A stretch of 64,000 nt of DNA from a virus. Its lineage: Duplodnaviria; Caudoviricetes. The translations under genes and the position numbers were made by a program. This document shows positions 20,556 to 30,514 of this stretch, in pieces; position 1 is the first letter of the stretch; each line of letters begins with the position of its first letter. Where the stretch lies: positions 75 to 64,074 of IMG/VR virus record IMGVR_UViG_3300037225_000815; one strand, given 5' to 3'. The notes beneath the pieces are model-generated. The model did no database searches and was not told the origin of the DNA. It worked only from the letters and a program-made list of their open reading frames with translations.

Positions 20556-21317
20556 TTACATGTTCTTGACTGCTGCCAGATCCGCCTTCAAAGTGGCTAT
20601 ATCGAACCCTTCAGGACTCTTCCCGGCAACACTGAGGAAGTCGGAAGACAGTGGGATCCAAGCCTCATCGTTGTATTCCATGTAGAATTCGTAGGACATC
20701 TTCTGGACCTGCCCCCATGTGATGCAATAGATCCAGTCCTGGTCGTAGCCTACGATGGGAACATAATGTCCACCGTCGCTCTTGGCGCCTTCCACAACGG
20801 TCCAAGGCAGGCCTTTGTTAACCTGGTCCATGGCGCTATCAGGGAAGTCAATCCCTATGCCAACGGCGTCGAACAGCATTACGGCCATCTTGAGCTCGTC
20901 GATATTCTGGGGTTTGATCTGCAGGTAGGCGCTCAGTTTGTGTACAATCCCAGAGGCATCTACTAACCCAGTCCTCTGGCGATATCCCATGGCGTCACGG
21001 ACTATGGTTCCGTTGTCGCTATTGGGATCGTCCGGGTTGTAACCAGCGACATCATGATATGCCTTGATGATGCTGCTATCCGGAAAGTTCACCGGTTTGG
21101 AGACTTCAGCGTTCCACATGATATGCTCATGTGCGGCACCGGCCCACACGCAGTCTCCCAGCTGATCGTTCAGTGCCATTCCCCAGTCTCCCTTGTATGC
21201 AAGATATGGGGTTGAGACTGGCTGTATGTCTGGGAGCTTTGCCCGGCTCATGTATGTCATCATCTTGAGATCCCGGTGATCCGCTACGAACGCTTTCTTG
21301 CCTAGTTTGAATTTCAT
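20556..21317 (-). CDS. Papain-like (C1A) cysteine peptidase-fold protein
   Basis: NDQLGDCVWAG (Cys), GGHYVPIVGYD (His), ITWG. Confidence 0.7.
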   Translation of the reverse strand: MKFKLGKKAFVADHRDLKMMTYMSRAKLPDIQPVSTPYLAYKGDWGMALNDQLGDCVWAGAAHEHIMWNAEVSKPVNFPDSSIIKAYHDVAGYNPDDPNSDNGTIVRDAMGYRQRTGLVDASGIVHKLSAYLQIKPQNIDELKMAVMLFDAVGIGIDFPDSAMDQVNKGLPWTVVEGAKSDGGHYVPIVGYDQDWIYCITWGQVQKMSYEFYMEYNDEAWIPLSSDFLSVAGKSPEGFDIATLKADLAAVKNM

Positions 21318-21326
21318 GTTAGCCTC

Positions 21327-22043
21327 CTATTGCGCCATAAGTTCGGCGTCTTCGGTCTTTGATTTGACATATTCGAATCTGTAACCATGTGTCTGTGACA
21401 TTATACCATTGGTTACTTTGGGAACAGAACTATGAGGTAAGCCTAATACTCTTGCCGCTTCTCTGGCAGATTCATAGATCTTTCCATCATTCAAGCATCT
21501 GACCGGTTTAGATCTATATTCCTTAATGACTGTCAACATATGTGTTCTAAGCTCTGCTTGATGGTTCTTACACCATTCTTGCAATATCTTAGTCTGATAT
21601 GGTTGTGTAACCAATCTAGCCCGTCTCATCTTCTCACTATTCTTCAGACCATTAGATACATTCTTCCTCTGTTCTTCGGTGAACTTATAACCAGTAGTAT
21701 TAGTTGCAGTTGGCGCAGTATTGAACCCTTGTTTGTATGCATCAAATGCATCAATATGAAACTGCTCCCTTTCCTGAAGAGAGAGTTTGTCGCATAGTTC
21801 TACTATAGAGAACTCCAGATTCTGTGGACCATACTTGTTGACAAATGCTTGCAAATGTGCATTATGATGAGTGCCATACGATAACTTACGGCAATGTCCG
21901 GCATAACGTTTATCTATGTTAACCGAACTTCCTATGTAGACCCGTGAATCGATCTTACTCGCGATCTTGTAGATTCCAGAAGCCTTCCGGAGATCTCCCT
22001 TAATAGGAATGTAAGTGTCAGTTAGACGTTTGAAATATCTCAT
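21327..22043 (-). mobile_element. Free-standing GIY-YIG homing endonuclease with NUMOD/HTH C-terminus
   Basis: SGIYKI...VYIGSS...R, EREQFHID...GFN, YESAREAARVLG; AT-rich relative to flanks. Confidence 0.85.
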
Positions 22044-22049
22044 ATTACC

Positions 22050-24023
22050 TCATTGTGAAAGGAGTTCGGCCTCACGGCCCAAGTACATACGTGCATTTAG
22101 ACCAGCGTTGCTGATGGCAGCGATCGCCCGTGTCCGTTCTGTGTTAGCCTGCTCGCTTTCGAATGCCCGGCCAGTTCCGAATTGGACCCTTGTTATGCTG
22201 TTCAGGGATGATGCTATCTCGGATGCCGCGCGAATACCGGTGGTGACTGTAGCCTTGATTGCCTGTGCGCCCAAAGTTATGACCGTCCCAGCCCATATCA
22301 GATTGGTCAGGGTACCGGTCGCGATCATGCCCTCGATCTTCCTGGCGTTGAACATCCCTCCGATTCCTTTAGTAATGAGGTTCTTTGTTGCAGTCTTCCC
22401 AAATGCCGCTTCTCCTATTGCTCCGCCTCTCACTGGAACTTTCAGCTCACCCTTGGCTATTCCAGTTATGGTCGAGCCCATGGCTGCCTTATCCAAGGTC
22501 TGTGCGCGCATGATATCACCAATAAGCGTCTCTGTTCCGGATGCCCGCCACCCCCCTTTCAGCCTGGCGGCAATCGATCTGTATATCATTCCCTTGTTTG
22601 CTCCACCAAGAAGGCCACCGAACACTCCGCCGGCGATTGCGCGCTGGGCCAGGATGGATCCAAGTTCCTTCTTTGTAAGGGCCTCTATGAGGGGAGCATT
22701 CAATCCCTGGGTCCCTTCAACTGCCGAGGCTATCTCTTCTGGGTTGATCGACAAAGCCTGTTTCCGGAGCGCCTTCCTTCCTCGCCGTTTGATGGTCGTG
22801 TTTGCACGTGAGAATAGCGCCGACCTTTCTGCAGCTGCCGAAGCCTTGCTCAATCCTTTCACGTCTATACCATACAAGTCCTTGATCATCTCCGGATCCA
22901 GCTTGACATGGGAGAAAGTGTCAGTTACGTGGGCACGTATCTGTTCTTCAAGGACCATTGGACTTCTTGATGCCCTGAGATAATCGGATCTCGCTGTCGA
23001 ATACAGCTTCCTGGCATTGCCCATGGCTATACGGGATTCGTTCCTTTCGAATGCCGTTCCGCTCCGGTAATGCTTGTAGTCCCGTTGTGTCTCCTCGAAA
23101 TATGCCTTCGCCCTGGTAAGGTCTGTTGCCTCCGGAATTGTTGCTGGTGCCCTGTGTCGTACCAGGTCGTCCACGTGGGTCACGTACTTCTCGAGCTGCT
23201 CATTCAGTGCCTTGTTGGCGGTGCCTGTGTATTCGGCGCCCATTGCAATACGCTTTCCCTTGGGGCCTCCAGTCACGCTGGTCCTGACAAGTGACTCATT
23301 GCCGAAGCCCGTGAAGAGATATCCGCCTGTTCCGTGGGCCCACTTCTCAAGCTTGCCGGCAAGTTTCTCTGTCTTTGCGAACTGCCGGAGGAGGCCTGAT
23401 ACTCCGCCGCCACGTCCGAAGAGGAGAGTTCCCATGAACGCTCCACCGACCGCACCCTGGGCTATTCCAGATAGGTCCTCGCCCCGGTTATATGCTGCCG
23501 TCGCTCCGAACATCGCTCCCATGAAGAGACCCGGCATGTCGCTGCCACTTCCCATCGTCCGGACTGTCCCTTTCCTTATCCTGCGGGCGAATTCTTTCCT
23601 TCCACCTGCCATCTCAACTTTCTGTTTGATGGTGGCGTTTAGAGGCGTGAGGGGATGGCCTTCCAGCGGCTCTATCATGCTCTTGAGAGTGGACATTCCC
23701 CCAGGTTGTATTACCTGTCCTCTGACACCCCGGGAGCCGCCAATAAGTGGAGCGAACAGCGGAGTTGCGCCGCGGCCGAACGGCGTCCATCCTTCCTTGA
23801 GAGATGTTCCATAGACGACGTCGCTCTTCATCGCGGACCGGCGTAGGATTATGGAAGATTCACTGAGGAATTTGATCGGATGGGCATATGGGTTGAGCGG
23901 ATCTATTACGTTGGTGCGCAGCGCGTCGGCTACTGTCTTGATTGGCGACTGGTGAAGCAGATAGCTTTCATCATCGTCGGTTGCCTGGTTGTATAACTCG
24001 TCGGGGGAAGGATAGTTCGGCAT
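22050..24023 (-). CDS. Gly/Ala-rich basic protein, putative internal virion/ejection protein
   Basis: 657 aa ORF with glycine-zipper-like segments; function inferred. Confidence 0.5.
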   Translation of the reverse strand: MPNYPSPDELYNQATDDDESYLLHQSPIKTVADALRTNVIDPLNPYAHPIKFLSESSIILRRSAMKSDVVYGTSLKEGWTPFGRGATPLFAPLIGGSRGVRGQVIQPGGMSTLKSMIEPLEGHPLTPLNATIKQKVEMAGGRKEFARRIRKGTVRTMGSGSDMPGLFMGAMFGATAAYNRGEDLSGIAQGAVGGAFMGTLLFGRGGGVSGLLRQFAKTEKLAGKLEKWAHGTGGYLFTGFGNESLVRTSVTGGPKGKRIAMGAEYTGTANKALNEQLEKYVTHVDDLVRHRAPATIPEATDLTRAKAYFEETQRDYKHYRSGTAFERNESRIAMGNARKLYSTARSDYLRASRSPMVLEEQIRAHVTDTFSHVKLDPEMIKDLYGIDVKGLSKASAAAERSALFSRANTTIKRRGRKALRKQALSINPEEIASAVEGTQGLNAPLIEALTKKELGSILAQRAIAGGVFGGLLGGANKGMIYRSIAARLKGGWRASGTETLIGDIMRAQTLDKAAMGSTITGIAKGELKVPVRGGAIGEAAFGKTATKNLITKGIGGMFNARKIEGMIATGTLTNLIWAGTVITLGAQAIKATVTTGIRAASEIASSLNSITRVQFGTGRAFESEQANTERTRAIAAISNAGLNARMYLGREAELLSQ

Positions 24024-24032
24024 CTTGCTTCC

Positions 24033-24311
24033 TTATTCTCCGGAGCGTCTCCGGCGGTACATGGATTGGACCAACCCGTCAGTGTTCATGTTGTTGGAGT
24101 CGAGGCCTCGCTTCCCATATCCCATGGAGGGAGCGTTGGTTGCGGACATCGCCAGCTTTCCCAGCTTTCCTGCCCCTCGGAGGGCATGGAACGCGATGGC
24201 CGGCGCGCTCAAAGTGGTAGCCATGGTCACGCTTCCAAGGAAGCCGTCAAGGCTCGACAGTTTGAGGCTCTTGCCGAATGTTCCTGATCTCACTATTCCA
24301 TTTGCATTCAT
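24033..24311 (-). CDS. Small basic hypothetical protein
   Basis: Coupled ORF; ends GLVQSMYRRR. Confidence 0.5.
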   Translation of the reverse strand: MNANGIVRSGTFGKSLKLSSLDGFLGSVTMATTLSAPAIAFHALRGAGKLGKLAMSATNAPSMGYGKRGLDSNNMNTDGLVQSMYRRRRSGE

Positions 24312-24586
24312 ATTGGTGTCCCTATGAATATGTTCCTCTGACCTTTCCTATTCTTGAACGGGCTGCGTCCACTTGCCATCCTGGCACCGTAAGTCGCGAC
24401 GTTGACGCCCATGTAGAGGCTAAGTGAAGCCGTGGCCACCTTCTGCATCACCCGGGGATCCCGGAGATTGCCGCCGATAAGGCTGTTGCCAAGAGTCTTG
24501 ACGTTTCCCACGTGCTTCCCGAGGAACTTCATGGCGGTTGATCCGATAGTCTCAGCCGTCCTTGCTATCCTGCCGGTTCCTATCAT
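24308..24586 (-). CDS. Small basic hypothetical protein
   Basis: GAGG SD; downstream of a sigma70-like promoter. Confidence 0.5.
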   Translation of the reverse strand: MIGTGRIARTAETIGSTAMKFLGKHVGNVKTLGNSLIGGNLRDPRVMQKVATASLSLYMGVNVATYGARMASGRSPFKNRKGQRNIFIGTPI

Positions 24587-24604
24587 AATGCACCTCTTTC
24601 AGAT

Positions 24605-24633
24605 ATTATAGGTACAATGTCCAGTCACATCAA
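24605..24633 (-). promoter_or_regulatory. sigma70-like promoter
   Basis: TTGATG-17 nt-TATAAT upstream of the 24586 start. Confidence 0.6.
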
Positions 24634-27600
24634 CGGTAACTGGGGACGAACGGGATTGGGTCGTAGGCGCTGGTCTCTCCGCCGATCGGGTGCCGGCGGT
24701 GGGCCTGGCTATACGATGCCGAGAACGTGGTCTGATGTATTGATAGCGCCTGGTCCCTGGAATGTAATTCAGCCATCCTATGAGCCTGTTTGGTGTTCCT
24801 AGCGGGCAGTTGATTGGGGTATGGGTGCGCCAGCTTTGGTGTAGTGCGGTAGAATGGAGGATGTACCCTGATGGTCTGGCCGGCTTCGCCACCGGCCGCA
24901 GTGATAGTTGCGGCTATGGCCGATTCTCCTTCAGTTCCTCGTATCGCCGGAGATGTTCCCATGTATATGAACGAGTCCAACGGTGACCTGGTACCGTTGT
25001 AGGAGAGGATCCTGGTATTCGCCTCATGCAAAGCTGGCGAGGAAGTATGTGCAACGAAGGGTTGTCCAGGTGGCTGTTCTCCACCTATGAACGCCTTCAC
25101 TTTCTTGGTGACTGGCCCGAACTCCGACCGGGCCAGCTGTTTCCTGTACTTGGCAGCTGCCTTACCCATGTCGCCCGGGGTAATTACATCCTCGGCGGTC
25201 TTTACTATGACCCTCTCGCTTGTGGCAGATGGTGGAGGCATAAGCATGGCAGCTTTGAAGTTCTCACCGGACTGGTAGATGTCTCCCTTGGGAACTGTTG
25301 CAGAAGTGATATCTATGATCCTCCGTTCGGGTAGCGCGGAATCAGGATGTGGTGTTACTGTCGGTACGACTTCCCTTGCAAGCTTCCTTCCGTATGCGAC
25401 TTTCCTTGCCTGATCGGACATATCCCTCATTTCCTTGGCACTTACCTGTGTATCGGCCCTGCCGACTGCTACGGCCATGTCAAGTATCCGTTCAGCCTGT
25501 CCCCGTATATGCGCCTTGGAAACGTCCTTAGCCGTGGCGGATTCCATAGGAGATCTCATTGGAGTTGCAGTCGTTGTTACTCGATCGGCTGCTCCCCGCT
25601 CTCCTCCCATGAACCATTGTCCTCCGGAGACATTCCTATAAGCTTGTCCAAGCGACGGAGTCGTGTTCGATTCCTTCATCCGCCGGGCAAGAGCCTTACC
25701 CTTGGCGACATCCTCACCTGCATGAGCTATGAGATTGGTCTGGCCAGTATGCATATCACTCAATGTCGAGGTAACGGAGAATATGTCCTCCCTTGCCTGG
25801 TTCCATCTAACGTCGCTACCGACCAGCTTCCCTATGGCTTCTAGGTCGTTGGCCCATCCTGATCCGAAGTCGGTGATCTTCTGTCTGTTGCCCATGCGCA
25901 TCTGGCTTGTATCTGGCAGGCCATCCATGTCGGAGTTCCTGGCGTTCCGGAGGAGCTCGCGCAATTTCTGGTGGCGCCGCTCCTTGAACCTAGGATCATT
26001 CCTCACCTTGTTTGGATTATAGGGATCGATCTGTATGTTCGGATCGTACTGGCCATGGGAAAGTCCCAGCAATAATCCTCCAGCCATTCCCAATCCTGTC
26101 AGCTTTGCCACACCAGTCAGCTTACCATCCTTCAGGAATATGCTGCCGAGGCTTCTCAATGCCGCCTTACCGAGCTCCCGCTTGCCGCCCCTTTTGGCCA
26201 CTGCGGCACCAAGGTATGCCTTGGTGTTCTTGGTAACACTTCCAAAGAATCCCGTATGGATCGTATCGCGGTATGCTTCCTTGAACTTCTTGTAGTCGGC
26301 CAATATGTCATCGTAATTGACGTTGGTCGAGCCAGTCTCCTTAAGAGCTGACCTGACCTTGGCGACATATGCTCCATAGATGGGCTTGGCAACTATCTTC
26401 GCCAGCCGCCGGTCCAATGTCTTGAGAACCCCTTTCCCTTCCCCAATGTCCTTGACATCCTGGTTGAGGGATTGCAGGGATCTGACAACCTTCATACTGG
26501 ACGGTTTCTCGAATATGGAAGTGAACAGGTGGCCGACTGCCCTGAATACAGACGGCAGTACACCGTTCTCGAACCTAACCGCGGAACCGAAGTCAGTCAT
26601 CTGATAGCGCCGCATCATAGTCATGAACGAGTTGTGGTTCATCGCCTCCAGCTTGGTATGGTCCCCGCTGAACATCTGCTGGGCTTTCATGGCGGTCCAT
26701 TTGACTCCGGAAGCAAGGAATGCTCCGGCCAGGGCCGAACCGACTGTGCCACCGAACGCGTTCTGCATGCCACCGAACGTCTTGTTCATGTCATAACCGA
26801 TATTGCGTTCAAGTTCCTTGGCGATCCCTTTCTCCCTGGACGGGAGAGTAGTCTTACGGTTGATGATATCTATGTAGTCCGATTTGGCCTTTCCATACAG
26901 GTTCAGCTTGTCGTCCTTCATCATCTTCTCGGCTGCGATCTCCCGGAAGATGGCGAACCGAGTCTTGGCTTCTACTGACATGGCTGATGCATATGATGGA
27001 TCGAATATTCCCTTCCTCTCATCGTCGATCAGCTGCATAGTCTTGGCCAGTTTCCTGGTAGTATCGATGGTCATGGCGTTATCCGCCATGCCATAGTGCT
27101 GTTCAGACATCCTCTTCTGACCATGGACGAAGTTCATGGCGTTATGCATGCTCTCAAGGTTCATGCCGCCCATGAACATGGATCCTGGACCCTTGTTCAT
27201 CTCAGTGAATATGTCCTGCGTAACCTTGTCAGCCAGACCGATCTTCTTGACTGTAGATGGGTTCATGTAACCAAGGGAGTTGGCAAATGCCATGCCATGC
27301 TCGGGGAACATTTGCTGCATCATCAGCATCTGTGCTCCGCGCGCGTCATGCAACGGTTCCTTGGCTCCCAATACGCTTGTTTCGTGCTCGGAGTTGTAGG
27401 CGAAGAAGAGCGCCGTACCGCGCTGGGCATCGGCATACCGGTTGTACACCACCGAGGAAGTCGTGTTCTTGTCGCCGACTATGCCTATCATCCTCTTGTT
27501 GTCCAGCTGCATCCAACCTACACCGGCGCCGAACGCTGTATCCCCCGACTTGTCTACAGACTTCAGGAGATACATATCATGGAGGTGTTCCAGGAATTCC

Positions 27601-28310
27601 TTGTGATCATACGCCTTGCCGGTCTTCATAGCCTGGTCATCAGCGCCCTTAAGCTGGCGGGATAGGCCGATGAAATACTCCTGATGGGACTTGAGCTTCA
27701 TCAGTTCTTCTTCTGTTTCCTTGGTTCCCATCCTCCCATGCCGTTTGAGATATCTAGCGGTGTTATGTGCAGCGGCACCGAGCAGTCCTGAGAACTTCTG
27801 TATTCGGCGGTCATATCCAGCGTCTGCCAGAAGCCCCGGCATGCCGGTGTTCGGATCGCCTCCCATATTGTGGGTGAAGAAGAGCTCTACAGATGACGGC
27901 TTGTACCGGTCAGGCATGCCCGGCAGAGTACCATCCGTGGCGGTGACGCCCATGGTGATTGCAGAATTGAGCTTGTCCTTCCGTATGGCAGATTCGACAT
28001 CTATGAATAATGCTGTCTTTCTGGGAGATGATTGGTCCGCCCCGGATGCCCCGACCAGGCCCTTGAGGGTATTGTACGCAACCGCCTTGTTGGTCAGGTA
28101 GTTATTACGTTCGGCGTCGGTCATCGGCTGCTCATGTATGAGCGCGTACTTTATCGCACCGTCATTGCTGGAATGGGGTACTAGGCTGCTGAGATCGACC
28201 CACGTGTCTGTGGCTGTCTTCCTATAGTAGACATCCTCGCCTTTCATGTCCCGTGACTTGATGATTGTCCCTATTGGCTTGGTAAGTTCTAGGGGATTTG
28301 AGGAGGCCAT
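24630..28310 (-). CDS. Large putative virion protein with N-terminal DnaQ-like (DEDDh) domain
   Basis: LFIDVES, FAYNSEHE and QHYGMAD resemble Exo I/II/III; TDFGS motif occurs twice. Confidence 0.55.
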   Translation of the reverse strand: MASSNPLELTKPIGTIIKSRDMKGEDVYYRKTATDTWVDLSSLVPHSSNDGAIKYALIHEQPMTDAERNNYLTNKAVAYNTLKGLVGASGADQSSPRKTALFIDVESAIRKDKLNSAITMGVTATDGTLPGMPDRYKPSSVELFFTHNMGGDPNTGMPGLLADAGYDRRIQKFSGLLGAAAHNTARYLKRHGRMGTKETEEELMKLKSHQEYFIGLSRQLKGADDQAMKTGKAYDHKEFLEHLHDMYLLKSVDKSGDTAFGAGVGWMQLDNKRMIGIVGDKNTTSSVVYNRYADAQRGTALFFAYNSEHETSVLGAKEPLHDARGAQMLMMQQMFPEHGMAFANSLGYMNPSTVKKIGLADKVTQDIFTEMNKGPGSMFMGGMNLESMHNAMNFVHGQKRMSEQHYGMADNAMTIDTTRKLAKTMQLIDDERKGIFDPSYASAMSVEAKTRFAIFREIAAEKMMKDDKLNLYGKAKSDYIDIINRKTTLPSREKGIAKELERNIGYDMNKTFGGMQNAFGGTVGSALAGAFLASGVKWTAMKAQQMFSGDHTKLEAMNHNSFMTMMRRYQMTDFGSAVRFENGVLPSVFRAVGHLFTSIFEKPSSMKVVRSLQSLNQDVKDIGEGKGVLKTLDRRLAKIVAKPIYGAYVAKVRSALKETGSTNVNYDDILADYKKFKEAYRDTIHTGFFGSVTKNTKAYLGAAVAKRGGKRELGKAALRSLGSIFLKDGKLTGVAKLTGLGMAGGLLLGLSHGQYDPNIQIDPYNPNKVRNDPRFKERRHQKLRELLRNARNSDMDGLPDTSQMRMGNRQKITDFGSGWANDLEAIGKLVGSDVRWNQAREDIFSVTSTLSDMHTGQTNLIAHAGEDVAKGKALARRMKESNTTPSLGQAYRNVSGGQWFMGGERGAADRVTTTATPMRSPMESATAKDVSKAHIRGQAERILDMAVAVGRADTQVSAKEMRDMSDQARKVAYGRKLAREVVPTVTPHPDSALPERRIIDITSATVPKGDIYQSGENFKAAMLMPPPSATSERVIVKTAEDVITPGDMGKAAAKYRKQLARSEFGPVTKKVKAFIGGEQPPGQPFVAHTSSPALHEANTRILSYNGTRSPLDSFIYMGTSPAIRGTEGESAIAATITAAGGEAGQTIRVHPPFYRTTPKLAHPYPNQLPARNTKQAHRMAELHSRDQALSIHQTTFSASYSQAHRRHPIGGETSAYDPIPFVPSYR

Positions 28311-28312
28311 GG

Positions 28313-29185
28313 TTAGCCTTCAGTGGTCGGTTTATTCTTCTGTTCTAGCAGTTTGGTCCTTACGAATGCTACTGCCTCGACTGGTGACATTTCCTTGTTG
28401 CCGCTCTCAAGCACCTTGTACTTGGTCCGTATCTCCGGAGTGAACATGAGGCTTTGCATGATCTTCTCCTTGCGCCTCTGGACCCGGTCCTGGATCTCGA
28501 ACTCTATGGAGATCTCCTCTGCTTCTACCACTTCTCCTGTCTTGTTGACAGCGAAGATGGGCTTCGAAGTCTTGTACCCGATCTCGTTTATCTTGTTCCT
28601 CATCCTGATCTCGGAGATATCGCATTCGATCAGGCTATATATCTGGTTGATTATTGCCAATGGAAGCATGTCAGGAGTCAGCCCTATCATCCGGATGTAT
28701 TCTGCCATCTCCTTGTCGGCAATGATCCGCTCCAGAGGGCATGGCTGTCCGACGGGGAAATGGTCGCCGTCCAGGGAGGTAAACGGGCATATGGCGAAGT
28801 GCTCACAGTGCCGGTCAGGGTTGTCCCCTGGGCAGCGCTTAAGGATTCCAAGATAATTGATGCTGGACTTGAACGTCCCGAATCCTGACATCAGTGACTC
28901 GGTCTGCTTCTTGTCCAGCTTGATTCCGGTTTCCTGGACCGATTGGATGAATGCCTTCACGAAGGAGTCCTCCATGTCCGGAGGCGGGCTCTTGATCATT
29001 GCTACGTTGGCCATGGTCCGCTTCATTGGTGTTACCTGTTCCGGAGATGGATCAGGCAGCTGGACGTTCTTTGAGGGTTTCTTCAGCTTAGGCTTTGGAG
29101 GCTCCTCGGCGACCTGTTCCTGGATCCTCTTGGTCGCCGCGGCCGCGCGCCGGGCTATCTCGTCAAGGGTAAGATTCGGGGCCAT
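28313..29185 (-). CDS. Cys-cluster protein, possible terminase small subunit
   Basis: Likely start MAPNLTLD; CP....C...CP...PVGQPCPLE cluster followed by helices. Function is a guess. Confidence 0.4.
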   Translation of the reverse strand: MAPNLTLDEIARRAAAATKRIQEQVAEEPPKPKLKKPSKNVQLPDPSPEQVTPMKRTMANVAMIKSPPPDMEDSFVKAFIQSVQETGIKLDKKQTESLMSGFGTFKSSINYLGILKRCPGDNPDRHCEHFAICPFTSLDGDHFPVGQPCPLERIIADKEMAEYIRMIGLTPDMLPLAIINQIYSLIECDISEIRMRNKINEIGYKTSKPIFAVNKTGEVVEAEEISIEFEIQDRVQRRKEKIMQSLMFTPEIRTKYKVLESGNKEMSPVEAVAFVRTKLLEQKNKPTTEG

Positions 29186-29564
29186 TGCCGATCCTCCGGA
29201 GGGCCCTATCCAGGAGGGCTGCCAGCTTGAAGTACCGCATATCAATGTACGATATCATGAAATCGAGGGCGTCAGAGTATACCCGGTAGAGAGTGTATAC
29301 CTTCCTGACCTTGTCCAGGTTGGGTTTCTTCTTGGATTTCTCGGCGAACAGCTGGGTCTCCAGCTTGAACGCATTCTTACGGACTACCAGTTCGGTTGGG
29401 CAGGTGGCGGTGATCTTATTCATCTCTTCCATATATAGCGTTGTGTCAACGTCCTTGAGATGGATCTGGTTGAACACTTCCTTCTCCTTGGCCATAGTTA
29501 TGACCTGGGAGATGAACTTGAACATCGCCTCGTTATGTTCCGGTGGGATGGGCTGTTTCAACAT
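29163..29564 (-). CDS. Hypothetical protein
   Basis: ORF overlapping both neighbours. Confidence 0.5.
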   Translation of the reverse strand: MLKQPIPPEHNEAMFKFISQVITMAKEKEVFNQIHLKDVDTTLYMEEMNKITATCPTELVVRKNAFKLETQLFAEKSKKKPNLDKVRKVYTLYRVYSDALDFMISYIDMRYFKLAALLDRALRRIGNGPESYP

Positions 29565-30514
29565 GTTCTTCCTTCTGCCTTTGTGACATGCTCATAGTTG
29601 CCGCTCATCACGTACTCACCAAAGGAGTCGTCTACACTGTATATGTTAGGGTCTATGCCCATAGAAGTCAAGTCCTTGAACCGCTTCTCATCCATCCTGG
29701 AACAGATGTAATCCCAGGGGGACATGTCTTTCAAATGTGAGAAATGCGCCAGGACTTCCTTGTCGCGGAGATGGGCTATGGCCGAGAATTCGATGTCCCG
29801 GACCCTGCCGGGTACCATCTCGAGCACGTAACCAACCTCCCGGATGCAGTAACTCCGGGTATCATACATACCAGCACGGAGCAGGATGACTACTCCCTCC
29901 AGCATAGGAAGGGCCTCAATTATGTCGTAGATAATCTTCATGTAATCTATTAGGACGAACAGGTCGTCATATTGCTGGTTGTCGAAGCTGATAAGACCGT
30001 CATTGCCGCCGCAATCGTCAGAATATTCATCGATGTTGATCTTCACGTGCCTGGACAGGGTATATAGGATTTGAGCGTCATCGGGCTTCAGTTTCACCCT
30101 GGCGGCTATCATCCTAATGTCCGGCTCTCCTGTATGCTCACCGTGGAACTCCTCTACGTACTTGGAGATCTCCGCAACCTTCTTGGCTATACGGTAGGTC
30201 ACCTTCACCGGGTATGTAGTCGTGTCCAGTAGGTTCCAGATACTGTGTTGTATAGCGACATAGGCATACGTCGAGAAGCGGATATTGCGGGATGGCTTGA
30301 ACAGTTGGGCGGCACGTATCAGCCCCTCCAATCCAGCCTGGAAGATGTCATCCCTTGCCACGTTTGCCAGTGTGGCGAACTTGCCTACGATATGTCCGAC
30401 TAGGGCTATATTCTCGAGAATGAGCTTGTCGGTAGGCGTCGCCTTGGCTAGCTCCTCTGGCGATACCTTGAGGAACTTGAAAGAGTCGTAACCGTAGGAT
30501 ATGTCTGACATCAT
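29558..30514 (-). CDS. Phage-encoded sigma70-family RNA polymerase sigma factor
   Basis: Region 2: ENIALVGHIVGKF...DIFQAGLEGLIRAAQLFKPSRNIRFSTYAYVAI. Region 4: IREVGYVLEMVPGRVRDIEFSAIAHLR. Confidence 0.9.
   Translation of the reverse strand: MMSDISYGYDSFKFLKVSPEELAKATPTDKLILENIALVGHIVGKFATLANVARDDIFQAGLEGLIRAAQLFKPSRNIRFSTYAYVAIQHSIWNLLDTTTYPVKVTYRIAKKVAEISKYVEEFHGEHTGEPDIRMIAARVKLKPDDAQILYTLSRHVKINIDEYSDDCGGNDGLISFDNQQYDDLFVLIDYMKIIYDIIEALPMLEGVVILLRAGMYDTRSYCIREVGYVLEMVPGRVRDIEFSAIAHLRDKEVLAHFSHLKDMSPWDYICSRMDEKRFKDLTSMGIDPNIYSVDDSFGEYVMSGNYEHVTKAEGRTC

Noticed and set aside
21327-22043. Group I intron around the GIY-YIG genes (also 36199..36885)
   Set aside because: Flanking genes are intact and only a few bases separate them, leaving no room for an intron core.
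22015-22983. Long + strand ORFs in 1-40 kb and - strand ORFs in 41-64 kb (e.g. 45404..46324)
   Set aside because: Antisense shadows of well-supported genes, with no SD or recognisable motifs.
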